Source of the DNA: Ostrea edulis
Taxonomy: Eukaryota
Length of the DNA: 64,000 bases
Reading direction: 5' to 3'
NCBI RefSeq assembly: GCF_947568905.1
Contig: NC_079167.1
Location: 28,396,001 to 28,460,000, forward strand
The notes under the pieces were generated by a model. The model was not told where the DNA came from and made no database searches. It was given only the letters and a program-made list of their open reading frames with translations. Position 1 is the stretch's first letter, and every line of letters begins with the position of its first letter. Both the position numbers and the translations under genes were made by a program. Below are positions 38,511-50,411 of this stretch, piece after piece.

Positions 38511-38662
38511 AATAAGGTATCATTTAAAAATATTTATCGGGATATAAATACGGGTTGGTCACGTGATCAAATTCCATAAAGCCTGAAGGGCTTTATGGAA
38601 AATTTGATCATGTACCAACCCGTATTTATATCCCGATACATATTTTTAAATGATACCTTATT
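38511..38662. repeat. 152-bp near-perfect palindrome (hairpin/cruciform)
   Basis: ~74-bp arms around a GAA loop at 38585-87, with few mismatches or indels. Confidence 0.9.
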
Positions 38663-38989
38663 ACTTGTATAATTTACATTTTTGGTCGGTAACATTCCTG
38701 AATTGTGTTAACAACACGTTTCCATACATTTCAAATTGTTGACGTCCACAACGAAGCGTCATAGATGTTCAAAATGACGACAACACAAAACAAAGTTCTA
38801 CAAAATGAAGAACTGTTTTAATTATTAAGACGCTAGAAAGCAAGTATATCAACATATACTTATACATTAACTTGGGAGTATATAATGGAAAACTCTTCCA
38901 TATGTCTAATTTTAGGGGGTGGGGGAATTATGATTTAAACGGGGATGCGCAGTGTTACACTTAGAGTTGTGATGCGCTTTTGACTTTTG

Positions 38990-39410
38990 AAAAGTGAAGA
39001 CGTTGAAGACCGACTTTGAAAGATATTCTGTGGAAATTACGGAGTTAACAGAAGACTGAGATGGAGGAACATGAAGAACAGGGCGGCAGTCGTCAGGTGT
39101 AGGCAAATTATTTATAGACAGGACAGAGGACGCAGCTCAGATGAATCTCCGGAAAGAACTGAACATCGCAGAGAATGTGGAACTGCACGAAGGTAAGGGA
39201 CGGTTTGAATTTGGATGTGTAATTGTTGATAAACATGAGCTCACTGAACGCTTCTTTTGACTCGATAATTTTTTGTAATAGGTTTTTAACGACGCCTCGC
39301 TTCGATGTCCCGACATAAACTTGGAAACCGACATCAAGCACTATGGCTGCTGTGTCACGGAAGCAGTGTGGTGTGTAGGTCTTAATGCACTTTGACGACT
39401 TATCGGCCAT
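38990..39410 (-). pseudogene. Crypton-like tyrosine recombinase C-terminal remnant
   Basis: YTPHCFRDTA (H-x-x-R), then after a frameshifting deletion FMSGHRSEASLKTY (H and catalytic Y) and QKKRSVSSCLS; SVFNVFTF-like end. Confidence 0.7.
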
Positions 39411-40218
39411 ACATCCTGTGAACGACCTTTTTGCTAAAGCCTAATGTCATCGTCTAGCAGTAGGTACAATTCCGCATCACCGATGACCAGGGTGAAGTTG
39501 TAGCAGACGAAATTTTAGACATACATTAGGCCTAGTAGGCTAGTTACTAAAGACATTGTTTACAGTTATGCTTTTATCAATTATTGATGAAAGTCCACTG
39601 CTTGGAATACAAATAAAACCGTAAATACATTCTGTGGTGTTGATTTCATCTATTGAAAGATTTCTGTAGTAAGTGAGAGCGATTGCTAGATGTGTATTGC
39701 CTTAGTAAAAGTAGTACCTGTTACCTACTTTTAACAAATGTTCATACGCACAACCGTGACCTCTGTTGACCCCGTAGTAGATTTATCCAAAAATAAATAC
39801 GTATTGCTCGTAATAGTGTTATGTAGGAGAAAACAGTTGCAAATGTAAATATTGCATTTTAAAGTTTATTTCAGACTTGATAAACGTTGAATCAGGTGCG
39901 GTTTGGACTTATAGATACCACTATCGACGCAAAAAGATCTGGTTAAACATATAATTGCAATCTTGTGTGTAATTCACATCTGATCGCTATAAAATGCTTT
40001 TTAGTGATAATATATACAATTAGGGCAATTTATCTTTCTTAAGGTTCAAGGTCGTTTTTTCATGAATTTTACCTTTGTCTACAGCTGTTTTTCCCATACA
40101 GGTTAACATCAAACTACAGGACATTGACAATTAACATATTGGACAGAATCGATTCGTGTCAAAGAAATTACATTAATTTTACTTCATTGTAGAAAGGAAA
40201 ATATTCTACTACGATATT

Positions 40219-40610
40219 TATCATCATAAGGTCCGTCTCTTGATGTGGAGATTTTGAGCCATAGATAATCTCTCTCCAATCTGTTCTGTCTTTGGTTTTC
40301 CTTGCGTCTTCATCCCGTGATCGGAGTCCGGGTTGTTTCCTTTCTCTGTCCATAGTTCTTCACCATGTTTCCTTTCTCTGTCCACAGTTCTTCACCATGT
40401 TTCCTTTCTCTGTCCACAGTTCTTCACCATGTTTCCTCTCTCTCTCCACAGTTCTTCTCCATGTTTCCTTTCTCTGTCCACAGTTCTTCTCCATGTTTCC
40501 TTTCTCTCTCCACAGTTCTTTTCCTTGTTTCCTTTCTCTGTCCACAGTTCTTCTCCTTGTTTCCTTTCTCTGTCCACAGTCGGGATTCCTGTCTAGGGCT
40601 ACTCTGACAT
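40219..40610 (-). mobile_element. RTE-clade LINE 3' end containing a 32-bp tandem array (40336-40580)
   Basis: Minus strand RVALDRNP..KETWRRTVERERK..KDRTDWREII, then a TGA-repeat tail; period of 32 read directly (40336, 40368). Confidence 0.7.
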
Positions 40611-41109
40611 AGCTATTACTTCTAGCATATTACATGTACTCTCCTCATCGCTACTACGATATTCCGTTATAGCAAAGCTTGTTATTTTACATCACTTTAA
40701 TTTTCAATTCTATTCTGTAAATTATGAAATATTTACAGATGAAAAGACACGAGTTACATGTCTAAGAAGAACGATAAACTTAAAACTGCTTGTGTACTCA
40801 TTTCTTTTCAAGGCATCACAGCTGACTCCGACATTGATCTGCATTATCATCAATAACATCGTGATCTATCATTCAAGGGCACGGTACAGGTGTTAGATGA
40901 TTGAGAACAAAACAAGCACATGCTTTTCTTTTTTCTTTTACTGCCTACCGCCATGCCATTTTGTTAAATCCCTAAATATTTATGAGACATATGTTTTTAT
41001 AAAAAAAAAACCTCTTTTACGGTGCGTTTCACCTATATCGTGAAAAGTGTGCTGATAAACATATGGTGAATATGATGTAGGTTGACTGCACACAACAAAC
41101 TAAGTAGAA

Positions 41110-41305
41110 AATGAACAAGTGAAGATAACGAACAGTGATCAATCTCATAAATCCTGTAAAAGATACATAATTAAGAGAGGGGCAAACACGGACACCTGGA
41201 CACACCAGAGGTGGGATCAGGTGCTTAGGAGGAGTTTAGCATCCCCTGTTGACCGGTCACACCCGCCGTGACCCCTATATCTTCATCAGGTAAACAGAGT
41301 AATCT
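41110..41305 (-). mobile_element. Penelope-like (Naiad-type) 3' fragment
   Basis: AAGTGAAGATAACGAACAGTGATC..GACCGGTCACACCCGCCGTG block. Confidence 0.75.
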
Positions 41306-41656
41306 GTAATATCTGTTATGGTAGGCTCATCTGAGTTGTGAGTTAGCTGACCTTTCTGCGAAAAGATTCGATTGTTTGACGGTGTTGGTGCTAACTGTTC
41401 TGTCTAACATCTACCGCCATCGTCCGAATATCAGCCACGTTTGATACAATACATTACTGGTGAAAATAATTTACGTTCGATCGACTGAAGGACCAGGAAT
41501 CCGTGCAGTGGAAAAAATAGCGAAGATTGTAAATAGTTTTTAAAAAAAACATGGAGCCAGAAACTTCTGGTTTTCTATGTAGTGTAAATTAAAGTTTGAT
41601 TAAACCATGCACCTGAGGCAGGTGTTAAGCCAAAAAAAGGATTTCAACATATTCTC

Positions 41657-41990
41657 TGTATAATCTCAATGTGATGTCTAAATGTTCTATGTATAATCTC
41701 AATGCCTAATTGTTCTTTGTATAATTTCAATGTGGTGCCTAATCGTTCTATATATAATATCGATGTGGTGCCTAAATGTTCACTCAGTGTGGTGTCTAAA
41801 TGTTCTGCCCAATTGTTCTATATATAATCTCAATGTGGTGCCTAAATGTTATATCTATAATTTCAATGTGGTGCCTAATTGTTCTGTGAATAATATCAGT
41901 GTGGTGCCTCAATGTTCTATTCATGTATATAATCTCAATGTGGTGCCTATATGTTCTCTGTATAATTTCGGTGTGGTGTCTTAATTTTCT
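41657..41990. repeat. Degenerate ~33-37 bp minisatellite, about 9-10 copies
   Basis: Recurring TATAATCTCAATGTGGTGCCTAAATGTTCT. Confidence 0.8.
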
Positions 41991-42101
41991 GTAAATGACC
42001 TTAAATCCAGCAGCAAACATATATACGTCAAAATACACAGTTCTATTGCGACTACAATCGCTTTGCAAATCGATTTACTTATGGATGTGTGTGTGATAGT
42101 A

Positions 42102-42355
42102 TGATTGATTGTATATTGTTTAACGCCCCTCTCAAGAATATTTCTCTCATATGGAGACGTCACCATTGCCGGTGAAGGGATGTGTAATTTAGGCTTATGG
42201 CCTTTGAGCAGGGAGGGGTCTTTATCGTGCCACACCTGCTGTGACACGGGACCTCGGTTTTTTGCGGTCTCATCTAAAGGACCGACCCATTTTGTAGTCT
42301 ATTACGACAAGCAAGGGGTAGTACTGAGGACCTATTCCAACCCGGAATCCCACGG
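42102..42355 (-). mobile_element. Family B SINE-like element, full length
   Basis: Consensus match from the 5' end to the (CAAT)n tail. Confidence 0.8.
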
Positions 42356-42525
42356 AATTATTTGACAAAGTCCTTAGTTAGTAACAAAACAGATAAGAGA
42401 ATGAAATATGGGTTAATTTTTTGTACCAAAAAAAAAATGGAATACAATTTCCTGCTATATTAATTGCTAATCCGTGTAATATAATTGACATACTGACAAA
42501 GTGGGTTTAATGAGGAAGAGTGAGT

Positions 42526-42529
<4 letters not shown>

Positions 42530-42574
<45 letters not shown>

Positions 42575-42700
42575 CACTAAATAATCACAACTAGGTACTG
42601 AAAATTTTCGCCCCAGCCCGGGGTCGAACCAGCGACGTACGGCACCCACCGCCTAGCAAGATTGTCAAACCAGTGCGTAAGTCCACTCGGCCACAACGAC
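42530..42700 (-). mobile_element. Short tRNA-derived SINE with (TA)n(CA)n tail
   Basis: A box TGGCCGAGTGG, B box GGTTCGACCCC; acceptor stem does not pair well. Confidence 0.65.
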
Positions 42701-42927
42701 ATATCAAATTATAGATGTGCATGTATGTAACAGGGGGTCATCTAGTCATTTGCAGCATATGATCTTATTTTATACTTGGTTGTAATGACCCCCTGTACTG
42801 TATATACTTTTCGTCATTTACTAAATAAATGACATTTTCTATACTCAAACTTGTTTTAATTTGCCTGCTTTGAGCAAAACAAAAAACAAAAGAACGAGTG
42901 CAGTCCACTTGGCAAGTGCTTTTATAT

Positions 42928-42931
<4 letters not shown>

Positions 42932-42986
<55 letters not shown>

Positions 42987-43205
42987 CAAAGATAACCTTT
43001 GAAAGCTCGAAAACTTATTTCCAATTGGGTCCTTTTGATGCACGGATGTTGGCGCAAGGAGAGGGTTCATTATGTGTGAAGAAACCCACGTGTACGAACG
43101 AGCGATCACCAGACCCTCTTGCATACTACTCCTGCCAATCACGGGGATCGAACTCGGGTCGCAGCGGTGAGAAGCGAGAGCACTATCTCTGCCCTACCCG
43201 GACAC
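42932..43205 (-). mobile_element. tRNA-derived SINE with (TA)n tail
   Basis: B box GAGTTCGATCCCC, tRNA-like head, microsatellite tail at 42932-42983. Confidence 0.6.
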
Positions 43206-44897
43206 CCATATTAAATTTTCCATGCCCTCTGAAATTGGAGTCCTTTCTATATTACATGCATATCATCAATTCGTCGGAGTTATTTCAGTGTCTTTAAAAA
43301 TGTTCTACCCCTTTTATATTTTATGAAGGGCGATGGTCTAGAAACAAATCTTGAATCAACACGAATTAGAAATTGTCACAGACTATCATTTCCGCTTCTC
43401 TCTTGAGGACTAACACTAAGTTTACTATATGGTCTGATTTATACCTATTGTAATTATATTCCTTTGAATAAACTACCGAGGGCGTTTAGTGTCTCTTGTT
43501 ATAGTATGGCTCCGCGATCACAGAAAAGTTTAAAATGTGAAAAATCATTTTAGCACACGTACAGGTGCTAATCTTGAATACGATCTTCAACATTATAACA
43601 TTTGGGTCCTAAAATATTCTTTAAAATTTTGTTTCCGCAATTTTTAACGTTTTATTTCCTCAATTTCAGTGCGTCCTTATTTTATTCCTCTCAGCATAAA
43701 ATAAGTAAATCGCCAGTTCACGGTCGCCTGATATACAGGTTCAAACATAAACTAGTTAAAGATGGCGTAAACTAAATATTTAGAAAATTCTGAGCTGATT
43801 AGACTGTGACGCTGATATTTACTTACATATGTCAACGGAATATTGTATACTTCGTAAAACAAATAGATACAGACCGTCAACAGAGCCTTCATAAGGTACA
43901 ATTCTCGTCAGTGCACGATAAGAGGGACTTGTTCTGGATGGAAATAACATAACTGCCATCGTTATGTCTACCACAGAGAACAGGAAAGAGTTGTGTAACA
44001 TGACAAGAGAGCTTTGTAAGTGTTTTCATTTTCTGTCATTTCTAGAAATAACGTCAACGACATTTTGTTCCTGAAATAGATATCATATCGTTATGACTGT
44101 GATGAGTTGCTCCAAATTATGCGATCACTTACACCAGAGTCTGCAGAAGTTTTACATCGGGTCTTTGAAATACTAGCTTTCGGAAATTCCTTAGTTTTCA
44201 TCGAAAGGAGTTATTTCTCGCTATTCTTTGGAACTTCTTCACATCCCGCTCAAAAGACGTAATTTTTCACCCTAAATGGTCGTTGTTGTTGTTTTTTTTT
44301 TTCTTTTGCGATTCATTTGGGTGATTACATTGTAATTTGATTTGCTATTAACTTTGTTTGCAAAATTGAAATTGTATGTTCATTGTCGTCAGATTAGTTT
44401 AAATGTTACATGATAACATGGGAGGTTTCTCGACATTGTATAATGCCAATGGCAACAGCGGAGAAATAAGACCCTACGTTTCAGACTTTGTCAATAACAC
44501 TCAGTTGCACTCTAAACATTTAACTTTTTTCATGAAGCCCTTCTGAAATCTTTCATGGCTTTTTGACTTGCATGAAATTCTGAGCAGATTGCTAAATTGA
44601 CGTTCTTACCGGCACATGCTTGCATGACAATTAATCATTGTTTCAGTTAGAGAAACCAAAACAAAATTCGAACGACAAATTTAGAGCACTCCATGATGTG
44701 CTGCAACTAAGATGCCACTTTTCCTAATCATTTTCTCAATTTGTTTTTTCATATCAATGGTTATCAAATGCAGAGGTAATTCAACAACCACATTGTGCTG
44801 TTTTTCCATTTTACAATGACTCCTGGTCAATCGTACGAAGAAGTAAGTTTGTTAATCAACCCAACGTCAACGTCATAAGTAATTTAATACTGGCCTC

Positions 44898-45193
44898 CAG
44901 GGCCGTAAATTACATGGAGGCGGAGGAGGCAGCTGCCTCCTCCAACTTTTGAGCCAAAAAAAATTAAAATTTAAAGTTCATTAGAATTTATGTTGTTTCC
45001 AATAACTAAGAACATGATACCTCCCTTAAAAAGCATTCCAAATCTTTCTTTTAGAATGAGTTAGTCAAGTAACATCTTAGAAGGCCCTAGAATCAAGGAT
45101 TTTGCACGAAACGTGTTCAGTGTGCACAAAATGTGCCCAGACCCCCGCCTAATTTCCTGCCTCCTCCAAATTTAAGGTTAATTTACGGCCCTG
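44898..45193. mobile_element. Second copy of the CAGGGCCGTAAATTA MITE
   Basis: Near-identical to 9881-10202 apart from a 26-bp internal deletion. Confidence 0.85.
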
Positions 45194-46469
45194 GCCCTCA
45201 CGTTCCCCATCTTCCTTCGTCCGGGGTTGCTGATACTCTACTGTCATAACAAACCATTGTCCTACTGTGCTACTTAAAGCTAGTCTGTCTTATATTTGGA
45301 GATATGGTTGGACATTATATGTGTAGCTCGACAAATTGTCAAGAAGAAATCTGGCTCATTGGTTATCTACATTCGGGATGCTTCTGGATTGGATGTAATC
45401 CCAGTGAAGAACAAATCATCTCACAAATAGACCCAATCCGTTCGTAACTATGTCTTTTACTTCGTACTGAATACTCAAAAGGTTCTTCTTTAGTCAAACT
45501 GGCTTAATTTCTTAATGTTCTAGCCCAGTTTCTAACAACAATAACCCCATCCCTGCAACACGTCTGTATCATAGGTTGTACATGTATATGAAAATGTTCG
45601 TCTTCATTTTAAGAAATGATGATTTAAGATTTGTCAGTCAATTCTAATGCGGTAAAATCTGATATAAGAAACAAGAACGGTTTTTCTAATGAATTTAAGA
45701 CGTATAAATTTCTTTAAATGTCAATGGAATGCATACTCATATCTATAAGAATCTATGTGTTTTAAAGCCTCTAGAGAAATCGTCCTATTTCCTAGAAAAA
45801 GGGGCTAGAAGGACTTGTCTTGTGTTTAGCTCAAACAGAATGCACGGGCAACACGGGACCCGCTACTAGGGAGTAAAAATCACGTGTCCGATTAATGTTG
45901 AGGCAATAAATGGGACCGCATTGTGCGTCCAGAAAAACTTGTCCGATTGATTGAAAATTTCCTGGAAGTTTTGCCGACAACTCCATGAAATATGGGAAAC
46001 ATGAGAACAAGTTTAGGAGCCAACGTAATATTGTCACTGTGTGCAAAGGAACCAATTCAAGGAATTATCGACAGTGATGATATTTACTCTATCATTGCCT
46101 GTGGAATAGTTTATGTCACCTGTAAAGCAACTAAATTGTATCTTTAAGTGGATTAAAATAGGTTCATTGTGGCCCCATTGAATTAATTTATATTTCTTTT
46201 AATTTTAGTAACTCTTAAATCATTCTCTTACTCAAATGGAGTACATGCCCAGAAGTTTCCGAATATACTTCGAGGCTTGCTCAGAGTTGGACTCAAAGCA
46301 AACATGGCTGAGTTTGAGTATGAGTATGGTATAGAAGTTTTAAAACCTCCCGTCATATAAAAGATCATCTGAATGCTGCAAAGAATATGCCACGTTTGGA
46401 ACTTTTTTTATCATTCTACAGTATATGTTTGGGGGAGAATTCCAGGAGGGAATCTCGCTATGGACTAAA

Positions 46470-46506
<37 letters not shown>

Positions 46507-46606
46507 TGGTCACACATACACTACCTTTGTTAAAAGGCAGACTAAAATGTTTATGAAATAATGTAACCATTCATATATATTCTGTACTGCTCTCAGTCGG
46601 GATATT

Positions 46607-46900
46607 GTCGTAAATCTATTCTTGTAAGTCGTATCGTTGTCGTAAATCTATTCTTGTAAGTCGTATCGTTGTCGTAAATCTATTCCTGTAAGTCGTATCG
46701 TTGTCGTAAATCTATTCCTGTAAGTCGTATCGTTGTCGTAAATCTATTCCTGTAAGTCGTATCGTTGTCGTAAATTTATTCTTGTAAATCGTATCGTAGT
46801 CGTAAATCTATTCTTGTAAATCGTAAAGTTGTCGTAAATCTATTCTTGTAAGTCGTATAGTTGTAGTAAATCTATTCTTCTAAGTCGTAAAGTTGTCGAA
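46607..46900. repeat. 32-bp minisatellite, about 9 copies
   Basis: Unit GTCGTAAATCTATTCTTGTAAGTCGTATCGTT. Confidence 0.92.
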
Positions 46901-47236
46901 ATAGAATCGTCTGAAGTCCTTGGGATTCTGCACAGTTTTAGCACAAGGGCTCGTTACAAATTAACCCTCTCTAATCTATATCTACACAAGGAAGGATCCG
47001 GAATCCCAAACATTTACATTCGTCTCCTTATATTTTACAGACATTAGATTTTACAATCCAGGTCTCAATCGATTGGGGAAATATCATAGTTTGTAAAATA
47101 TCTAGTATCTGTTTGCACCGGCAATATACATGTACGTAAAGAAGCAATGCATTTTCTATCGTTTTTAACCACATTTCCTCAGTCACCCAGAATGAAAGAC
47201 ATGCTCTCATTAGTCAATTCAATTTGCTTAAACTAC

Positions 47237-47582
47237 CAGGGGCGGATCCAGGAATTGTGGTTAAGGGCGCAACTTTATGAGGCTCCTGGATTTTACAGAT
47301 TTTATAGCGCTTGAAATATGTCTCCTATGTAGTAATTTTTACTATTTTCTGTCATTTTTGGTAGAGGGAAATCAATAAAATGACGCAAATGTTAAGGGTT
47401 TTGGAACAAGTGTAAGTTCTCCCAATAAAAGCAATTCAATAAATCAAAAGATGTTGTCATTTATTGCATTGAGAGTGGGAGAAATTATTGCTTCTTTTAT
47501 CGTTTACATTTTTTTAAACTAGATATCACGATTTAACTTAAATTTGAAAAATTATGGGGGCGCCCCCTTAAATCCGCCACTG
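47237..47582. mobile_element. CAG-ended MITE with perfect 5-bp TSD
   Basis: TIR CAGGGGCGGAT / ATCCGCCACTG; ACTAC on both sides. Confidence 0.75.
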
Positions 47583-47674
47583 ACTACTCTCGCACAACTT
47601 TACTTGACCAAAATTGAAGAGCAAACTGACGTATTTGATTTTAATGCCGATTATTAGGCAGTCCTTTACATACT

Positions 47675-47868
47675 TATTTTGACTGCGGATTACTCCGTTT
47701 ACCTGATCAAGACAAAGGGCTCACGACGGGTGTGACCTGTGAACAGGGGGTGTTCCTCTTAGGCAACTTATCCCTCTTCTAATATGTCCAGGGGTCTGTG
47801 TTTGTCCTACTGTTAATTTTGTATTCTTTACGAGATTGATCAATGTTCATTATATCTTCACTTTTTCA
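47675..47868 (+). mobile_element. Penelope-like (Naiad-type) 3' fragment
   Basis: GGATTACTCCGTTTACCTGATCAAGA block. Confidence 0.7.
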
Positions 47869-50398
47869 TGTGTACCAGGTACAGTTATACGATATGCATT
47901 ACCCTCTTAACGTGGATAAAAATCCGAAATGAGCTGGAGGACATTTTCTAACCCAAGGCTGTTTTTCCAATATAGAGAGGGGAAAATACTGGATATGTGT
48001 GCTGGAGGATTCTAATTAGGCACTATCTGTGCAGGAGGGGGGGGGGGGGTATAACTCTATACATGTATGTCACAACACAGGAACACTCCAAACATATTTC
48101 AAAATCAGTCACAGGTGGTGTAATTGAAGAGTTGTCAAACCAATGCTTAATAATTAAGAGATTCACTTCATGTAATTAAGAGATTCAAATGATACGGTTG
48201 ATAGGTTAATAAACTGGTGCACATAGTGCATATATATATTTACATACATGTATATATTTTCCAATTCGCACAGCGAGATAATTGGACGGTATTCAAAGCA
48301 ACATTTAAAAGTTCCTGTTCCATATTTACTACACTAAAGAACTACCTTTATATTCTTCGAGTAATAAAGACATCTAGGAGTTGTGGCAACACCTCATAAC
48401 TCGGTTAATAAGAGAAAGGCCGCGTGATGTCGATGATAATAGCGTAAGACTGTTTGACTTGTATTGTGAGGTGCTGCACATTAAAATGGACAAACCCGGT
48501 TTAAACAGATTGATCATGATTAACACCAAAATAAATTCCGTTAAAAAGGTAAGAGTTGTAAATCTGTTATACGTTGTTTTAGAGTACACGCTGTGAAAGT
48601 AAGAAACCGATTAGCGCCGTTGTTTAATATCTATCATTAAAGTTTTCAGTGATATGTACGTATCTTATAACCGGGTCTTGTACAACATTGATTTACGATC
48701 TCTCTATAAAGTGTATCCTATATCTGAAATATCATTGACATACACAGAACAAAATTCTAAGAACACACATGAATTATTCCACTATTTATAGAATTACACG
48801 TCTATTAATTATTGCATTATTTATAGATTTTAGCATTATCTGATCTGTTTGTGGAGTAATAATTCAACTTTCATGGAGATAGTCATGAAGTGTTTGTTCA
48901 TCACTCACCCAATTTCGATTTCGGAACAGATGATACAAATCGATTATTTGTTTTTAATATTTAAGAATTAGTTTACATCACTTGATATTTTTTGCAAGTC
49001 AACACAAATTGCATGTTGTCGTTTAAAAATATTTCTAACGCATGACATTTGGCCCCCCAGAGTATACTGCATCAAACAGAAGTGTTTATAAATCGGGGAC
49101 TTACGCACTGCGCAGGGTAACTGTAGTCTAATATATGAAGCGGAATCATTTTCTCACGTGTTTACTTTACGAAGCACAGTGATCGGACATTTTCTAGATG
49201 CTAGGGAAAATATGATAAGGAGTTTTGCGGGAGTTTGAATGATCAAGAACGGAAGATATATTGATAGGGAAAGGTTCTGCATGTTTCATCAAACATGACG
49301 AGAAGATCTGTGTGAAAGTTAAAGCACGTGTGACTGTTTACAAATGTCTTAAAGTTATTGACATGAGTTTCGCCTTCCCTCCAACGTATTCTGTTGACGG
49401 GTAATTAATCACCAGACCCGTGAGGGAAAGTAGTAGTTCATATTGAAATTAGGATTATCCTCCTAATTTCTACATTGTCTATTATCTACCGATAAAGTTT
49501 TATGAATATCAATTGATATAGAGTTTCGACCTTCTGTTGACTTTTACTCTCAGTACCGGTGTCCACCTTTATCACACAACGGATTCAATTTTGAAATAAC
49601 CAGGTAAGCACTTCAGATTGATTTAGCCAATGTTTAACGAAAGACAAATTTTGACTACATAATTTTATTTTAAAATGCATATTCATCTACTTTACATTTT
49701 CAAAGGCTTTTATTGTGATGGTAACGGATTTCAGAGCTTTTGTGTAGTTTTATCAATTAGCTGGCGCGTTTAATTGCTGTAATTCCACCTGCCAACAGAA
49801 CTGCATCTCGATGTTGGAAAGGGTTTCATAAGTGCTTAATGGGAGATTTTTTTAATTCCATCTGTGCTCTCTCCTACTAAATGAAGTTTTAAAAAATCCA
49901 TGTGACCTGAATTCAAAATATAAAATTCAACTCTTGAATAGATGTAAATTAAAATAGAATAGAATTTATGTAACAATTGGGAGTCGGGGATTAAAACCAA
50001 CAATATGTATTACGTACTATGCTTATCTAACTCCGCTTCTCATTAAATTTACTTATACGTCAAGGATGAGAAGATGTTTTAAGAATTTGTGTTACTTTAT
50101 AGCCTACATTTTTCGTGTTCTTACTTCATCTGATGTCTCGCATCTAAAACCCGTTCAATTCCTTGCTTATATTTCTTCAATTTTATCATTGGCATCCAGT
50201 ACTATTCAAAACGTTAACTCTTTTCATAGTGCAAATGCTATTTAATCTGCACAGGTTTCCAAAACTACCTGTAGCAAAAATGAAAGAATTACTCTGTATT
50301 GTGGAAAACAAGATACAAAGTCGCTTCAGGTTAAGTGAAGATTAGAACATGTCCAGACACACTATTAAACTCTGTTAATTATTCAGACAATCGGACGA

Positions 50399-50411
50399 GA
50401 CGTCACTTCCG
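50399..50411. promoter_or_regulatory. Composite ETS-CRE motif (candidate promoter)
   Basis: GACGTCACTTCCG equals CGGAAGTGACGTC on the minus strand, in non-repetitive DNA; further CTTCCG/CGGAAG motifs near 50780-50812. Confidence 0.35.

Noticed and set aside
42610-42700. tRNA gene on the minus strand
   Set aside because: Acceptor stem has several mismatches and a microsatellite tail follows, so it is a SINE head.
43900-44270. Possible exon pair (GTAAGT donor near 44018; ~60-codon open stretch DELLQIMRSL..)
   Set aside because: The upstream candidate exon has stops in all three frames and no family motif was recognised.
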